This document shows positions 50,408-60,929 of a stretch of DNA of 64,000 nt, piece by piece; positions within the stretch are counted from its first letter, which is position 1, and every line of letters begins with the position of its first letter. The stretch covers positions 128,001 to 192,000 of the forward strand of contig CAWFAD010000010.1 of assembly GCA_963813815.1 (NCBI GenBank), written 5' to 3'. The notes below the pieces were generated by a model. That model was not told where the DNA came from. It worked only from the letters and a program-made list of their open reading frames with translations, and searched no databases. A program made the position numbers and the translations under genes. The stretch comes from an uncultured bacterium (GTDB lineage: Bacteria > Krumholzibacteriota > Krumholzibacteriia > Krumholzibacteriales > Krumholzibacteriaceae).

Positions 50408-52855
50408 TTGGAAGTAGCGAAATTCCTCAAGAAGGTCGAGGTCGAGGATTTCTACCGGGGGCAGATCGTTCACCGGCACCCGATACCGGCGCGGCGCGCG
50501 CGCTTCGGCGAGCTCACGCCGCCGCTCCCGCCGGAGCTCGCGAAGCTCCTCAAGGAGACGGGAGTCGAGCGGCTCTACGCGCATCAGGCCGAGGCGGTGC
50601 GGCTGCTCCGCGGCGGGAACGACGCCGTCATCGTCACCTCGACCGCGAGCGGCAAGACGCTCTGCTACAACATCCCCGTTCTCGCGAGCCTCCTCGAGGA
50701 TCCCGACGCGCGCGCCCTCTACCTCTATCCGACGAAGGCGCTCGCGCAGGACCAGCTCCGCGTGCTCCAGCGCTACATGGGGCCGAAGGGGATCGCGTTT
50801 CAGGCCGGGACCTACGACGGAGACACGCCCGCCTCGACGAGGAGGAAGCTTCGGGACGAGGCGCGCGTGCTCCTCACCAATCCCGACATGCTCCACTCGG
50901 GAATCCTTCCGAACCACGCCAAGTGGGCGAATTTTCTCTCGCGCCTGCGCTACGTCGTCGTCGACGAGATCCACAGCTACCGCGGCGTCTTCGGGTCGCA
51001 CGTCGCGAGCGTCATGCGGCGGCTCGACCGCGTCGCGGCCCACTACGGGGCCTCCCCCGTGTACGCGGCCTCCTCTGCCACGATCGCCAACCCCGGAGAG
51101 CACGCCGAGAAGCTCCTCGGCCGCCCCGTGCAAATTGTCGCGGACGACGGCTCGCCGAGAGGCCGCAAGCAGTTCCTCTTCTGGAACCCCCCGACGATCG
51201 ACGCCGGAGAGATGGAGCGGCGCAGCTCCAACATCGAGGCCGCCGAGCTCGTCGCGAAGCTCGTCCTCGACGACGTGCAGACGATCGCCTTCGTGCGGGC
51301 GCGCGTCGTGAGCGAGGTCATCACGCGCTACGCGCGCGAGATGCTCGGCAAACATCGCGCGTCGATGAAGGATTCGGTGCATCCGTACCGGGGCGGGTAT
51401 CTCCCCGAGGAGCGCCGCGAGATCGAGCGGCGGCTGTTCGGCGGCGAGCTCAAAGCGGTCATCAGCACGAACGCCCTCGAGCTCGGAATCGACGTCGGGG
51501 CGCTCCACGCCTCGATCATCGTCGGCTACCCGGGGAGCATCGCCTCGACGTGGCAGCAGGCGGGACGCGCGGGGAGGGGCCGGGAAGAGGCGCTCACGAT
51601 TTTCATTCCGTACAACACGCCGCTCGACCAGTACCTCGCGAGCCACCCCGAGTACTTCTTCGGCAAATCGCCGGAGAACGCGATCATCGATCCCGGGAAC
51701 CCGCACATTCTCATGGCGCAGCTCCGCTCGGCCGTCTTCGAGCTGCCGCTCACGGCACAGGAGGTCGAGGCGGCGGGGGAGTACGCCCCGGCGATCCTCG
51801 AGCTGCTCGAGGACTGCCGCGAGGTGAGCTTCGTGAGGGGGAAGTACTACTGGACGGGCAAGGGGTACCCGAGCGCGGACGTGAACCTCCGCAACATCTC
51901 GCCCAACATCTACACCATCGTGAACGAGAAGGCGGGAAACGCCGTCATCGGGACGATCGACGAGTCGAGCGCGTTCCAGCAGGTGCACCCGCAGGCGATC
52001 TATCTCCACGAGGCGGAGACCTACTTCGTGAACTCGCTCGACGTCGATAAGAAGATCGCCTTCGTGGAGCCGACGAACATCGACTACTACACGCAGTCGA
52101 TCACCGAGACGCAGGTCAAGGTCGACCGCGAGGAGAAGGCGCGGGACTGGCGGCTCGCGCGAGTCGCCTTCGGCGACGTCTCGGTGACCTCCCTCACCTT
52201 CATGTTCAGGAAAATCAAGTTCGGAAGCCGGGATTCGATCGGGTACGGAAAGTGCGACCTCCCCGCGCAGGTGCTCGAGACGGCGGGGCTCTGGATCGTG
52301 CCCCCTCCCGAGACCTTCGCCGAGGTGCGCCGGCACGGGCGGGCGCCCGGCGAGGGCCTTCTCGGCGTCTCGAACGTGCTCCGCGAGGTCCTGCCGCTCT
52401 TCGTCATGTGCGATCCCCTCGACGTGGGGACGACCGTCAACTCGCGCTCGACCGACACTCCCGCCGTGTACGTGTACGACAAATATCCGGGCGGGCTCGG
52501 ATTCTCGCTGCGGGCGTACGATCTCATGGAGGAGATCATGCGCGCCGCGCTCGAGCTCATTGCCTCCTGCACCTGCTCGCGCGGCTGCCCCTCGTGCGTC
52601 GGCTCTCCCATTCCGCCCTTCTCGCAGCTCGATCCCGAGGAGGGCGGGAAGGGGATGATCCCCGACAAGGAGGCCGCTATCGTCATTCTCCACCATCTCC
52701 TCGAGCTCGATCCGTACACGCCCGGCCCCGCCCGCGGGGGCGACGGCGCGCCGGCCGCCGAGCGGCCGCGCGGGAAGGCGCTGCCGGTCGAGCTTCAGGG
52801 AAAGCTCCGCGCGGAGCTCGGCAAGAGGCGTCAATCGACGAAACTGCAACGGTAG
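50408..52855 (+). CDS. DEAD/DEAH helicase with DUF1998 (YprA/MrfA/Hrq1-like)
   Basis: TASGKT, YPTKALAQDQ, DEIH, SATIANP, TNALELGID, QQAGRAGR, YD..PGG.G and CTCSRGCPSC motifs. Confidence 0.92.
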   Translation: MEVAKFLKKVEVEDFYRGQIVHRHPIPARRARFGELTPPLPPELAKLLKETGVERLYAHQAEAVRLLRGGNDAVIVTSTASGKTLCYNIPVLASLLEDPDARALYLYPTKALAQDQLRVLQRYMGPKGIAFQAGTYDGDTPASTRRKLRDEARVLLTNPDMLHSGILPNHAKWANFLSRLRYVVVDEIHSYRGVFGSHVASVMRRLDRVAAHYGASPVYAASSATIANPGEHAEKLLGRPVQIVADDGSPRGRKQFLFWNPPTIDAGEMERRSSNIEAAELVAKLVLDDVQTIAFVRARVVSEVITRYAREMLGKHRASMKDSVHPYRGGYLPEERREIERRLFGGELKAVISTNALELGIDVGALHASIIVGYPGSIASTWQQAGRAGRGREEALTIFIPYNTPLDQYLASHPEYFFGKSPENAIIDPGNPHILMAQLRSAVFELPLTAQEVEAAGEYAPAILELLEDCREVSFVRGKYYWTGKGYPSADVNLRNISPNIYTIVNEKAGNAVIGTIDESSAFQQVHPQAIYLHEAETYFVNSLDVDKKIAFVEPTNIDYYTQSITETQVKVDREEKARDWRLARVAFGDVSVTSLTFMFRKIKFGSRDSIGYGKCDLPAQVLETAGLWIVPPPETFAEVRRHGRAPGEGLLGVSNVLREVLPLFVMCDPLDVGTTVNSRSTDTPAVYVYDKYPGGLGFSLRAYDLMEEIMRAALELIASCTCSRGCPSCVGSPIPPFSQLDPEEGGKGMIPDKEAAIVILHHLLELDPYTPGPARGGDGAPAAERPRGKALPVELQGKLRAELGKRRQSTKLQR

Positions 52856-52866
52856 AGGAGGTTCGC

Positions 52867-54279
52867 CTGAAAAAAAAGGCGTTCGAAAAGGTGCTCGTGG
52901 CGAACAGGGGCGAGATCGCCGTTCGCGTGATCGACACGTGCCGGAAGCTCGGCATCCGGACGGTCGCGATTTACAGCGACGCCGACCGAGGCGCGATGCA
53001 CGCGCGCGTGGCGGACGAGGCGCACTACGTCGGGGAAGCTCCCGCCGCGAAGAGCTATCTCCGCGGGGATCGCATCATCGAGATCGCGCTCGAGACGGGG
53101 GCCGCGGCGATCCATCCCGGCTACGGCTTTCTCTCGGAGAACGCGGCTTTCGCCGCCGAGGTCGAGCGGAGCGGCGTCGTCTTCATCGGCCCGCCGTCAG
53201 GCGCCATGAAGCAGCTCGGGGACAAGATCAAAGCGCGGGCGCTCGCGGTGAAGCTCGGGGTGCCCGTGCTGCCGGGGGCGAAGCGGGCCGTGAAAAACCC
53301 CGAGGACGCCCTCGCCGTCGCGCGAAAGATCGGATTTCCGGTTCTCATCAAGGCCTCGGCCGGTGGCGGAGGGAGGGGGATGCGTCTCGCGCACGGCGAG
53401 GAGGAATTCGCCGGCGCCGTTACGGCCGCCATGAGCGAGTCCGAGGCGTCCTTCGGGAGCTCGGAGGTTTTCTTCGAGCGGTTCGTCGAGAACGCGAAGC
53501 ACATCGAGATACAGATTCTCGCCGACGGTCGGGGAAAGTGCGTCCATTTCGGCGAGCGGGAGTGCTCCGTCCAGCGCCGGCATCAGAAGATCATCGAGGA
53601 GACCCCGTCCACGGCCGTGACCCCGGAGATGCGCGAGGCGATGGCGGCGGCCGCCATGAAGCTCGCGCTCGAGGCCGGGTACGCGAACGCCGGCACGGTC
53701 GAGTTCATCCTCGACGAGGACCGCTCGTTCTATTTTCTCGAGATGAACACCCGCCTGCAGGTCGAGCATCCGATCACGGAGCTCTGCAACGGCGTCGATC
53801 TCGTGGCGCTCCAGATCGAGATCGCGGCGGGAAAGCCGCTCCGCCTCGCGCAGAAGGACATCGCGCCTCGCGGGACGGCGATCGAGTGCCGGATCTGCGC
53901 GGAGGACTCGCTCAAGGACCATCTCCCCTCGTGGGGAACGGTGCACGGCCTCAAGTGGCCGGCCATCGAGGGGCTTCGCATCGACACGGCGCTGTTCGAG
54001 GGGTGCGAGATCACGCCCCACTACGATTCGCTCGTCGCGAAAATCAGCGTGCACGCCGCGGACCGCGTCGAGGCGATCCGCCACATGCGCTGCGCCCTCA
54101 ACAACACGGAGATCCGGGGGATCGGCACCAATATTCCTCTCTGCGAGCACGTCCTCTCCCGGCCGGAGTTTCTCTCGGGAGAGTACTACACGAATCTCCT
54201 CCGGCGCGCCCCCTTCGGCCTCGACCCGAGGCGTCCCGGCGGCGTCGCTCCGGAGGACTGGATCGACATGTACATCTGA
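52867..54279 (+). CDS. accC: Biotin carboxylase (probable CTG start)
   Basis: KVLVANRGEIA, HPGYGFLSEN, KASAGGGGRGM, RECSVQRRHQK and EMNTRLQVEH; AGGAGG 5 nt before an in-frame CTG. Confidence 0.88.
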   Translation: MKKKAFEKVLVANRGEIAVRVIDTCRKLGIRTVAIYSDADRGAMHARVADEAHYVGEAPAAKSYLRGDRIIEIALETGAAAIHPGYGFLSENAAFAAEVERSGVVFIGPPSGAMKQLGDKIKARALAVKLGVPVLPGAKRAVKNPEDALAVARKIGFPVLIKASAGGGGRGMRLAHGEEEFAGAVTAAMSESEASFGSSEVFFERFVENAKHIEIQILADGRGKCVHFGERECSVQRRHQKIIEETPSTAVTPEMREAMAAAAMKLALEAGYANAGTVEFILDEDRSFYFLEMNTRLQVEHPITELCNGVDLVALQIEIAAGKPLRLAQKDIAPRGTAIECRICAEDSLKDHLPSWGTVHGLKWPAIEGLRIDTALFEGCEITPHYDSLVAKISVHAADRVEAIRHMRCALNNTEIRGIGTNIPLCEHVLSRPEFLSGEYYTNLLRRAPFGLDPRRPGGVAPEDWIDMYI

Positions 54280-54300
54280 CGCCGAGCGCCGGATGAAAGG

Positions 54301-54330
54301 TTGACGGCGTCGAATTGTCCGTGGTATATT
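54301..54330 (+). promoter_or_regulatory. sigma70-like promoter of the sdh operon
   Basis: TTGACG-18 nt-TATATT with extended TG. Confidence 0.55.
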
Positions 54331-54415
54331 TCCGCAAATTTGAGCTTTATCTGATTCATCACGCGCAAAGCAGACCCGCTGGGAGTCTGCGTGCTCTTTC
54401 AACCGGGAGGGTTCG

Positions 54416-54820
54416 ATGAGGGCGCTTCAGAGGTACCGGATTCACCTCGGGACGGCGGCGTGGATACTCCACCGTCTCTCCGGGCTCGGCCTCATTCTCT
54501 ACCTGCTTACCCACATTTGGGTGATCCATCACCTCGTGAAGGGGCAGACGGAGTTTGACGGCATCATGCACTTCTTCAACAACCCGCTCTTCAAGTTTCT
54601 CGAAATCGGGCTCGTCGGGGTGATCCTCTATCATCTCTGGAACGGGCTCCGCATCACGCTCTTCGACTTCGGGCTCCTGATCGAAAAGCAGAAGCAGGTC
54701 TTCGGCGCGGCCGTCGTCCTCTGGCTCGCGAGCTGGGCGGTCGTCGCCTACGCGATGCTGACCCGCGTGGGCGGGCTGCTCGCCGCGGTCGTCCGGGCGG
54801 GAGGGGGTGGGCTCTCATGA
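54416..54820 (+). CDS. sdhC: Succinate dehydrogenase cytochrome b556 subunit
   Basis: WILHRLSG, YL..H and YHLWNGLRI..D motifs. Confidence 0.88.
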   Translation: MRALQRYRIHLGTAAWILHRLSGLGLILYLLTHIWVIHHLVKGQTEFDGIMHFFNNPLFKFLEIGLVGVILYHLWNGLRITLFDFGLLIEKQKQVFGAAVVLWLASWAVVAYAMLTRVGGLLAAVVRAGGGGLS

Positions 54821-55183
54821 GCAATCGCGCGAACGTCCGCTCGGGCGGCGCCATGATGTGGCTCTTCCAGCGCGTGACGGGGGTCTACCTCGCCGTCGTG
54901 CTCTTCGCGCACGTGTGGCTCCTCCACTACCTGCTCGACGATGAGATCGGTTTCGCCGCCGTCGCGGATCGCGTGGCGACGCCTCTCTGGAAGACGATCG
55001 ACATCTCCTTCCTCGTCGTCGCGCTCTTTCACGGGCTCTACGGCCTGTGGATCGTGCTCGACGACTACATCCAGCTCGGGGTGGCTCCGCATCCTCATCT
55101 ACAGCGCGATCTCGATCGTGGCGCTCATCGCGCTCACGCTCGGCATTCTCACCATCCTTCCGTTCCAGGCCGGAGGTTTTTGA
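54817..55183 (+). CDS. sdhD: Succinate dehydrogenase membrane anchor, frameshift near 55072-55081
   Basis: WLFQRVTG, H and FHG..GL....DDY; last TM helix (GWLRILIYS...) lies in a shifted frame. Confidence 0.8.
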
Positions 55184-55186
55184 GAT

Positions 55187-56971
55187 ATGACACCGATCGA
55201 TCCCGAAACCGTTCACGACGTCGAAGGGGTGCCGGTGCATAACGTGCATCGCCACGACGTTGTCGTCGTGGGGGCGGGGCTCGCCGCCATGCGCGCCGCG
55301 GTCGAGGCCGCGGGGGATTACGACGTGGCGGTTCTCAGCAAGGTCTTCCCGACGCGCTCCCACAGCGGCGCCGCGCAGGGCGGCATCGCGGCCTCGCTCG
55401 CGAACGAGGAAGAGGACCACTGGGAGTGGCACATGTTCGACACCGTCAAGGGGAGCGACTATCTCGGCGATCAGGACGCGATCGAGATCCTCGTCAAGGA
55501 GGCGCCGATCGTCGTCCGGGAGTTCGAGCACATGGGGGCGCCCTTCTCGCGCACCCCGGACGGACGTATCGCCCAGCGCCTCTTCGGCGGCCACACGAAG
55601 GACTTCGGCAAGGGCGGGCCGGTGCTTCGCGCCTGCTACGCCGCCGACCGCACGGGGCACGCGCTGCTCCACACCCTCTACGAGAACTGCGTGAAAAAGG
55701 GCGTTCGCTTCTATCCCGAGTTCTACGTCCTCGGGCTCATCGTCCGCGACGACGTCTGCCGCGGGGTCGTCGCGTGGGACGTCGTGAACGGCGGCGTGCA
55801 CGTCTTCCACGCGAAAGCGGTCATGTTCGGCACGGGAGGACACGCGCGGATATTCCGGATCGCCTCGATCTCGCTCTCGAGCACGGGCGACGGGCCCGCG
55901 ATGGCGCTTCGGGCCGGCATCCCCCTCGAGGACATGGAGTTTCTCCAGTTTCATCCGACGGGGCTCTACATCCACGGCATTCTCGTGAGCGAGGCCGCGA
56001 GAGGCGAGGGCGGCTACCTCATAAACGACGCCGGGGAACGTTTCATGAAAAAATACGCCCCGGACAAGATGGAGCTCGCCCCGCGGGACGTCGTCTCGCG
56101 CGCGATGCAGCGCGAAATCGACGAAGGCCGCGGCATCGGCGGCAAGGACTTCATCCATCTCGACCTTCGCCATCTCGGCAAGGAAAAGATCATGACGCTC
56201 TTGCCGCAGATCCACGAGCTCGCCTGGAAGTTCATGCACGTCGATTGCGTCGCCGATCCGATCCCGATCCAGCCGACGGCGCACTACTCGATGGGCGGCA
56301 TTCCCACCGACAACGATTGCCACGTGCTCGCCGACGGCAAATCGAAAAAGGTCGCCGGCTTCTACGCCGCGGGAGAGTGCGCCTGCGTGAGCGTGCACGG
56401 GGCGAACCGCCTCGGCACGAACTCGCTGCTCGAGGCCTCGCTCTTCGGCCGCCGGGCGGGCAAGTCGGTCGTGAGGTTCCTCCGCGCGGAGCCCGCTTTT
56501 CCCGAGCTTCCCGCCGATGCGGCGAAGGAGGCGATCGAGGAGATCGACGGCATCCTCTCGGCGACCGGCACCGAGAGGACCGGGGCCATCAGGGCGGAGA
56601 TGCAGGCGCAGATGACGACGAACTGCGCCGTCTTCCGCAACGGCTGCAACCTCGAGGCGCTCGTCGCCGAGGTAAAGAAGCTCCGCGAGCGCTACGGCCG
56701 GATTCGCATCGAGGACAAGGGAAAGACGTTCAACATGGATCTCATCGACGCCCTCGAGCTCGGACGCATGCTGGATGTGACCGAGGTCATGGTGGCGAGC
56801 GCCCTCAACCGCACCGAGTCTCGCGGCGGACACTCGCGCACCGATTTCCCGAAGCGTGACGACGCGAACTGGCTCAAGCACACGCTCGCGCGCCGGAAGG
56901 GCGGAGCGATCACCTTCGACTATCGTCCGGTCGCCATTACGCGATTCCAGCCGAAGGAAAGAAAATACTGA
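55187..56971 (+). CDS. sdhA: Succinate dehydrogenase flavoprotein subunit
   Basis: [43 protein letters not shown] and ESRGGH motifs. Confidence 0.96.
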   Translation: MTPIDPETVHDVEGVPVHNVHRHDVVVVGAGLAAMRAAVEAAGDYDVAVLSKVFPTRSHSGAAQGGIAASLANEEEDHWEWHMFDTVKGSDYLGDQDAIEILVKEAPIVVREFEHMGAPFSRTPDGRIAQRLFGGHTKDFGKGGPVLRACYAADRTGHALLHTLYENCVKKGVRFYPEFYVLGLIVRDDVCRGVVAWDVVNGGVHVFHAKAVMFGTGGHARIFRIASISLSSTGDGPAMALRAGIPLEDMEFLQFHPTGLYIHGILVSEAARGEGGYLINDAGERFMKKYAPDKMELAPRDVVSRAMQREIDEGRGIGGKDFIHLDLRHLGKEKIMTLLPQIHELAWKFMHVDCVADPIPIQPTAHYSMGGIPTDNDCHVLADGKSKKVAGFYAAGECACVSVHGANRLGTNSLLEASLFGRRAGKSVVRFLRAEPAFPELPADAAKEAIEEIDGILSATGTERTGAIRAEMQAQMTTNCAVFRNGCNLEALVAEVKKLRERYGRIRIEDKGKTFNMDLIDALELGRMLDVTEVMVASALNRTESRGGHSRTDFPKRDDANWLKHTLARRKGGAITFDYRPVAITRFQPKERKY

Positions 56972-57024
56972 TCACTCCGGAGCGGAGCCGACGGGAGGCT
57001 CCGCACGGCAAGGAGGCCTCTCGT

Positions 57025-57759
57025 ATGGCACAGCAGGAACTGGAACGGAAGCTCGTCACCTTCCGCGTAAGGCGATACAACCCTGAGGGCGGCGAGCGGA
57101 AGCGCTACACGCAGGAGTACAAGCTCGAGGTCATGAAGGGACAGTCGGTGCTCGACTGCCTGAACGAGATCCGCTGGAAGCAGGACGGCTCGCTCACCTT
57201 CCGCCGCTCGTGCAAGAGCGGCATCTGCGGCTCGTGCGCCATGACCGTGAACGGCGTGAACCGCCTCGCCTGCGAGACGCAGGTGATGGCGCTCGGCTCC
57301 TCCACGATCACGATCGAGCCGCTCCGGGGATTCACGGTCATCAAGGACCTCGCCGTCGACATCGATCCGATGGTGGAGAAGATCCACGCCGTAAAGCCCT
57401 ATCTCATCACGAAGACTCCGCCTCCCTCGGACGCCGAGCGGCTCCAGAGCCCCGAGGACCGGGCGAAGCTCGACGGCCTCTACGAGTGCATCCTCTGCGG
57501 CTCGTGCACGTCCTCGTGCCCCTCGTTCTGGGCGGACGAGAGCTACCTCGGACCGCACGCGTTTCTCAAGGCGTACCGGTTCATCGCCGACAGCCGCGAC
57601 GAGGCGCCCGGGGAGCACTTCGACGCGCTCGACGACAAGCACGGCCTTTGGCGTTGCCACACGATCTTCAACTGCGTCGAGGCCTGTCCGAAGAGCCTCA
57701 ACCCGACGAAGGCGATCGAAGCGTTGCGGAGAGAGCTCGTGAAGGAGAAAATCGGCTGA
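57025..57759 (+). CDS. sdhB: Succinate dehydrogenase iron-sulfur subunit
   Basis: SCKSGICGSC, CILCGSCTSSCP and CHTIFNCVEACP motifs. Confidence 0.96.
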   Translation: MAQQELERKLVTFRVRRYNPEGGERKRYTQEYKLEVMKGQSVLDCLNEIRWKQDGSLTFRRSCKSGICGSCAMTVNGVNRLACETQVMALGSSTITIEPLRGFTVIKDLAVDIDPMVEKIHAVKPYLITKTPPPSDAERLQSPEDRAKLDGLYECILCGSCTSSCPSFWADESYLGPHAFLKAYRFIADSRDEAPGEHFDALDDKHGLWRCHTIFNCVEACPKSLNPTKAIEALRRELVKEKIG

Positions 57760-57829
57760 GTTGCCGCCGCGGCGAGGCCGATCGCGGCCGCGGAAATTAC
57801 GGTCACGTACGGATGCGGGAGGTACGTCG

Positions 57830-58840
57830 ATGACGCGCATGTCCCGGCGCAATTTTCTGAAAATCACGGCCGGTCTCGGAGCGGCGGGGAGTCTGCTGCC
57901 GCTTCGCGGCCTCTTCGCGCGCTCTCCTTTCGCCGGTCTCCCGGCGGCTCCCGCCGCCGGCCCCGGCCGCAAGCCGCTCGTCATCTCGACGTGGAGCCAC
58001 GGCCTGCCGGCGAACGAGGCGGCGTGGAAGATACTCTCTTCCGGCGGCTCGTCGCTCGACGCCGTCGAGGCGGGCGTCCGCGTGCCCGAGGGCGATCCGT
58101 CGGTCACGAGCGTCGGCTACGGGGGGCTTCCCGACGAGGAATGCAGGGTGACGCTCGACGCGTCCATCATGGGGCCGGACTACCGAGCCGGAGCGGTCGC
58201 GTTCGTGCAGGATTACCGCCATCCGATCTCGATCGCGCGCGCCGTCATGGAGTCGACCGATCACGTCTTCATCGTGGGTGCCGGCGCCGAGGAGTTCGCG
58301 CGCAAGCACGGCTTCGCCCGCGAGGAGCTCCTCACGGAAACGGCCCGCGAGGCGTGGATCAACTGGAAGCGCAAGCTCGGCGACACGGACGACTGGTTTC
58401 CGGCCGACCTCGATCACGACACGATCGGCATGGTCGCCATCGACGCCGCGGGCGGCCTCGCCGGAGCGTGCACGACCTCGGGGCTCGCTTTCAAGGTGCA
58501 CGGACGCGTGGGCGATTCGCCGGTCATCGGCGCCGGGATGTACGTCGACAACGACATCGGCGCCGCGGCGGCGACGGGCAAGGGGGAAGAGGTGCTCAAG
58601 ACCTGCGGCAGCTTCCTCGTCGTCGAGTTCATGCGCCAGGGGCTCTCGCCGCGGGAGGCCTGCAAGAGGGCGCTCGAGCGCATCATCAAGAAGCACGCGG
58701 CCAAACCCGCCTTTCAGGTCGCGTTCGTCGCGCTCTCGAAAGAGGGAGAGACGGGGGCGCTCTCGCTCCAGAAGGGATTTCAGTACGCGGTCGCGGCGGG
58801 GGGGACGAACGAGCTCATCGACGCGGAGTATCTCCTGTAG
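57830..58840 (+). CDS. N(4)-(beta-N-acetylglucosaminyl)-L-asparaginase (Ntn hydrolase) with Tat signal
   Basis: SRRNFLK; VISTW, SVGYGGLPD, HD|TIG autocleavage site, GRVGDSP and ATG.GE motifs. Confidence 0.9.
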   Translation: MTRMSRRNFLKITAGLGAAGSLLPLRGLFARSPFAGLPAAPAAGPGRKPLVISTWSHGLPANEAAWKILSSGGSSLDAVEAGVRVPEGDPSVTSVGYGGLPDEECRVTLDASIMGPDYRAGAVAFVQDYRHPISIARAVMESTDHVFIVGAGAEEFARKHGFAREELLTETAREAWINWKRKLGDTDDWFPADLDHDTIGMVAIDAAGGLAGACTTSGLAFKVHGRVGDSPVIGAGMYVDNDIGAAAATGKGEEVLKTCGSFLVVEFMRQGLSPREACKRALERIIKKHAAKPAFQVAFVALSKEGETGALSLQKGFQYAVAAGGTNELIDAEYLL

Positions 58841-58878
58841 CCGGCGGAAAACGCCGATGGAAAACGCGGAGGATTGAC

Positions 58879-59655
58879 GTGACGGAAACGTTCGCTCGCA
58901 GATTCACGGGGACCGCGGCGCTGCTGGCGCTCGCGGCGCTCGGCGCCCTTCTCGGGGCGTCCTGCTCGCAGACGCCGCGGGACCCCGAACGGATCGTGCG
59001 CAAGCTCGTGCACGCGCACGGGGGCCGGGGGAAGATAGAGCGTCTCCAGACGTTCACGGGCAAGGGCTTCATCAAGGATCTCTCGGACACGGTGGTCGTC
59101 AAAAGCAACGCCTTCGACGTCTACCGTTCGAGGGAGCGGTACAAGCATCTCATTCTGCGCACGGCCGGCGGAAGGCTCGGCGACGTCATCGCGCTGTGCC
59201 GCAACGCCGAGGGCACGTGGACGTGGCGCACCCGGGGCGGGCTCATGCGCGTCTCGCCCATGGAGCTCGAGCTCATTCGCTACCGGTTTCCCATGGTGCT
59301 TTCCTGGGTTCAGGAGAAGGGGCGCTCGCCGGAGCTTCTGGCCGGCGAAGCGAGCGATCGCGATCTCCGCGTTCGATATCGCGTCGACGACGTGGAGCTC
59401 ACCCTCGCCGTCGACCGCAAGACGTGGCTTCTCGACGGCGTGGAAATACGGACGTCGGCCGACACGACATTTCTCTTCGCGGAGCGGTACGACGCCTACA
59501 TGGATCTCGACGGAATCCCGTTTCCCCAGCGGAACACGGCGACGTACCGGGACATGCCCCTCTACGAGTACGTGCTCTCGAACGTGGAGCTGCGGAGCGA
59601 TCTGCCCGATTCGCTCTTCACGCTCACGGGGGCGGACACCGTGAGGGTCCGCTAG
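58879..59655 (+). CDS. Hypothetical lipoprotein (possible LolA-like fold)
   Basis: GASC lipobox; AHGG, Y..LDGIPFP and LPDSLF segments; GGAGG SD. Confidence 0.55.
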   Translation: MTETFARRFTGTAALLALAALGALLGASCSQTPRDPERIVRKLVHAHGGRGKIERLQTFTGKGFIKDLSDTVVVKSNAFDVYRSRERYKHLILRTAGGRLGDVIALCRNAEGTWTWRTRGGLMRVSPMELELIRYRFPMVLSWVQEKGRSPELLAGEASDRDLRVRYRVDDVELTLAVDRKTWLLDGVEIRTSADTTFLFAERYDAYMDLDGIPFPQRNTATYRDMPLYEYVLSNVELRSDLPDSLFTLTGADTVRVR

Positions 59656-60188
59656 AGCAGCTCGCGCACCTTGAAGAGGGAGTCGAAGGGGTATCCCGCC
59701 GCGGCGAGGGCCTCAGTCGCGCCCTCCTCGCGATCGACCAGCGTAACGACCCGCGCGATCGCGCCGCCCGCCTCCTCGATCGCCTTTGCCGCGCGGAGCA
59801 GCGAGCCGCCCGTGGTCGCGACGTCCTCGAGGAGAACGACCCTGATCCCGCTCGAACAGCTTCCCTCGACGAGGTTCTTCGTCCCGTGGTCTTTCGCTTC
59901 CTTGCGGATGAGAAGGCCGAGCTTCTCCTCGCCACGCTCAGCGCTCAGAGCGAGCAGCGCTCCGATGATGGGATCGGCCCCGATCGTCGGTCCGGCGAAC
60001 GCGTCGTATCGCGCTCCGTCGAGGCGCTCGAGGAGCAGCTTCGCGCTGAGGTAGAGGCCGCGCGAGTGGAGGGTCGTGAGCTTGCCGTTGATGTAGTAGG
60101 TGCTCTTCCGGCCCGAGGCGAGGGTGAAATCCCCCTTCAGGATCGAACGTTCTTTGAAAATGTCCCTGAGCTCGTCGCGTTCGGTCAT
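59652..60188 (-). CDS. pyrE: Orotate phosphoribosyltransferase
   Basis: GDFTLASG.KS.YY, RKEAKDHG, LEDVATTGGS and VDREEG motifs. Confidence 0.95.
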   Translation of the reverse strand: MTERDELRDIFKERSILKGDFTLASGRKSTYYINGKLTTLHSRGLYLSAKLLLERLDGARYDAFAGPTIGADPIIGALLALSAERGEEKLGLLIRKEAKDHGTKNLVEGSCSSGIRVVLLEDVATTGGSLLRAAKAIEEAGGAIARVVTLVDREEGATEALAAAGYPFDSLFKVRELL

Positions 60189-60226
60189 GGAGACTCCTTT
60201 GCGTTGTTCCGGCGGGTCCCCCGGGC

Positions 60227-60859
60227 TCAGACGCTGAACAGCAGAACGCCGAGGGCGACCTGCATGAAGTGCGCGCTCGTCTTTCCCGTGAAAAAGTAGA
60301 TCGGCTCGAATTGGTCGTCGCCGACGAAAACGTAGTGGTACTTCACGCTCACATCGAGCGAGATTCCCCGCGAGATCCGAAATAGGAGCCCCCCGCCGCC
60401 GTAGAGCCCGAACCGGTTCTCCGTTATCGTCCCCTCGTAGAATCCGGCCGGGATGCCCGCCGTGATCGAGTAGAGTCCGAGCCCGGCCTCGCCCGAGGCG
60501 GTGAACCGGCCGCCGATTGGGCGGGTGGCGCAGATGAAGCCGGTCATGGAGAAAATGCTGAGCCGCACCTCGCGGTTGAGCCCCGTGTAGGCGATGTTGG
60601 CGAGGGTGTCCCTCGACGCGCCGAAGTTGTGAGACGAGAGGGCGAGACCGAGGCCCCACCGCGGGCCGAGGCCCTCGATGAAGTACAGCTCGAGCTCGCT
60701 GCCGCCGCCGAACTCGTCGCGGAGCGAAGGCGAACCGACGACCCCCCCGACCCGCACGCCGAGGAGCTCGCTCCCCTCGATCCCTTCCGCGCCGAAGGCC
60801 TTATCCGGAGCGAAAGCGCAGGCGAGGACGAAAGCGAGCGCCAGAGCCGATTTTTTCAT
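60227..60859 (-). CDS. Small outer membrane beta-barrel protein
   Basis: Signal peptide, about 8 amphipathic strands, aromatic near-terminal residue. Confidence 0.7.
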   Translation of the reverse strand: MKKSALALAFVLACAFAPDKAFGAEGIEGSELLGVRVGGVVGSPSLRDEFGGGSELELYFIEGLGPRWGLGLALSSHNFGASRDTLANIAYTGLNREVRLSIFSMTGFICATRPIGGRFTASGEAGLGLYSITAGIPAGFYEGTITENRFGLYGGGGLLFRISRGISLDVSVKYHYVFVGDDQFEPIYFFTGKTSAHFMQVALGVLLFSV

Positions 60860-60929
60860 GCGGCTACCATAGCACAGGCGTCCGTCGCGCCGGTAGGGAA
60901 AATGCGTGATATGACGGCGGGCCCGCGGA

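Noticed and set aside
50408..52855. DISARM or Druantia defence system
   Set aside because: No methylase, drmA/drmD or other defence genes nearby; the architecture fits YprA/MrfA
54360..54400. Riboswitch in the sdhC leader (GCAGAC..GTCTGC hairpin)
   Set aside because: Single short hairpin with no recognisable aptamer
55065..55090. sdhD as a true pseudogene or phase-variable gene
   Set aside because: Only a G4 run; the rest of the operon is intact; a consensus error is more likely
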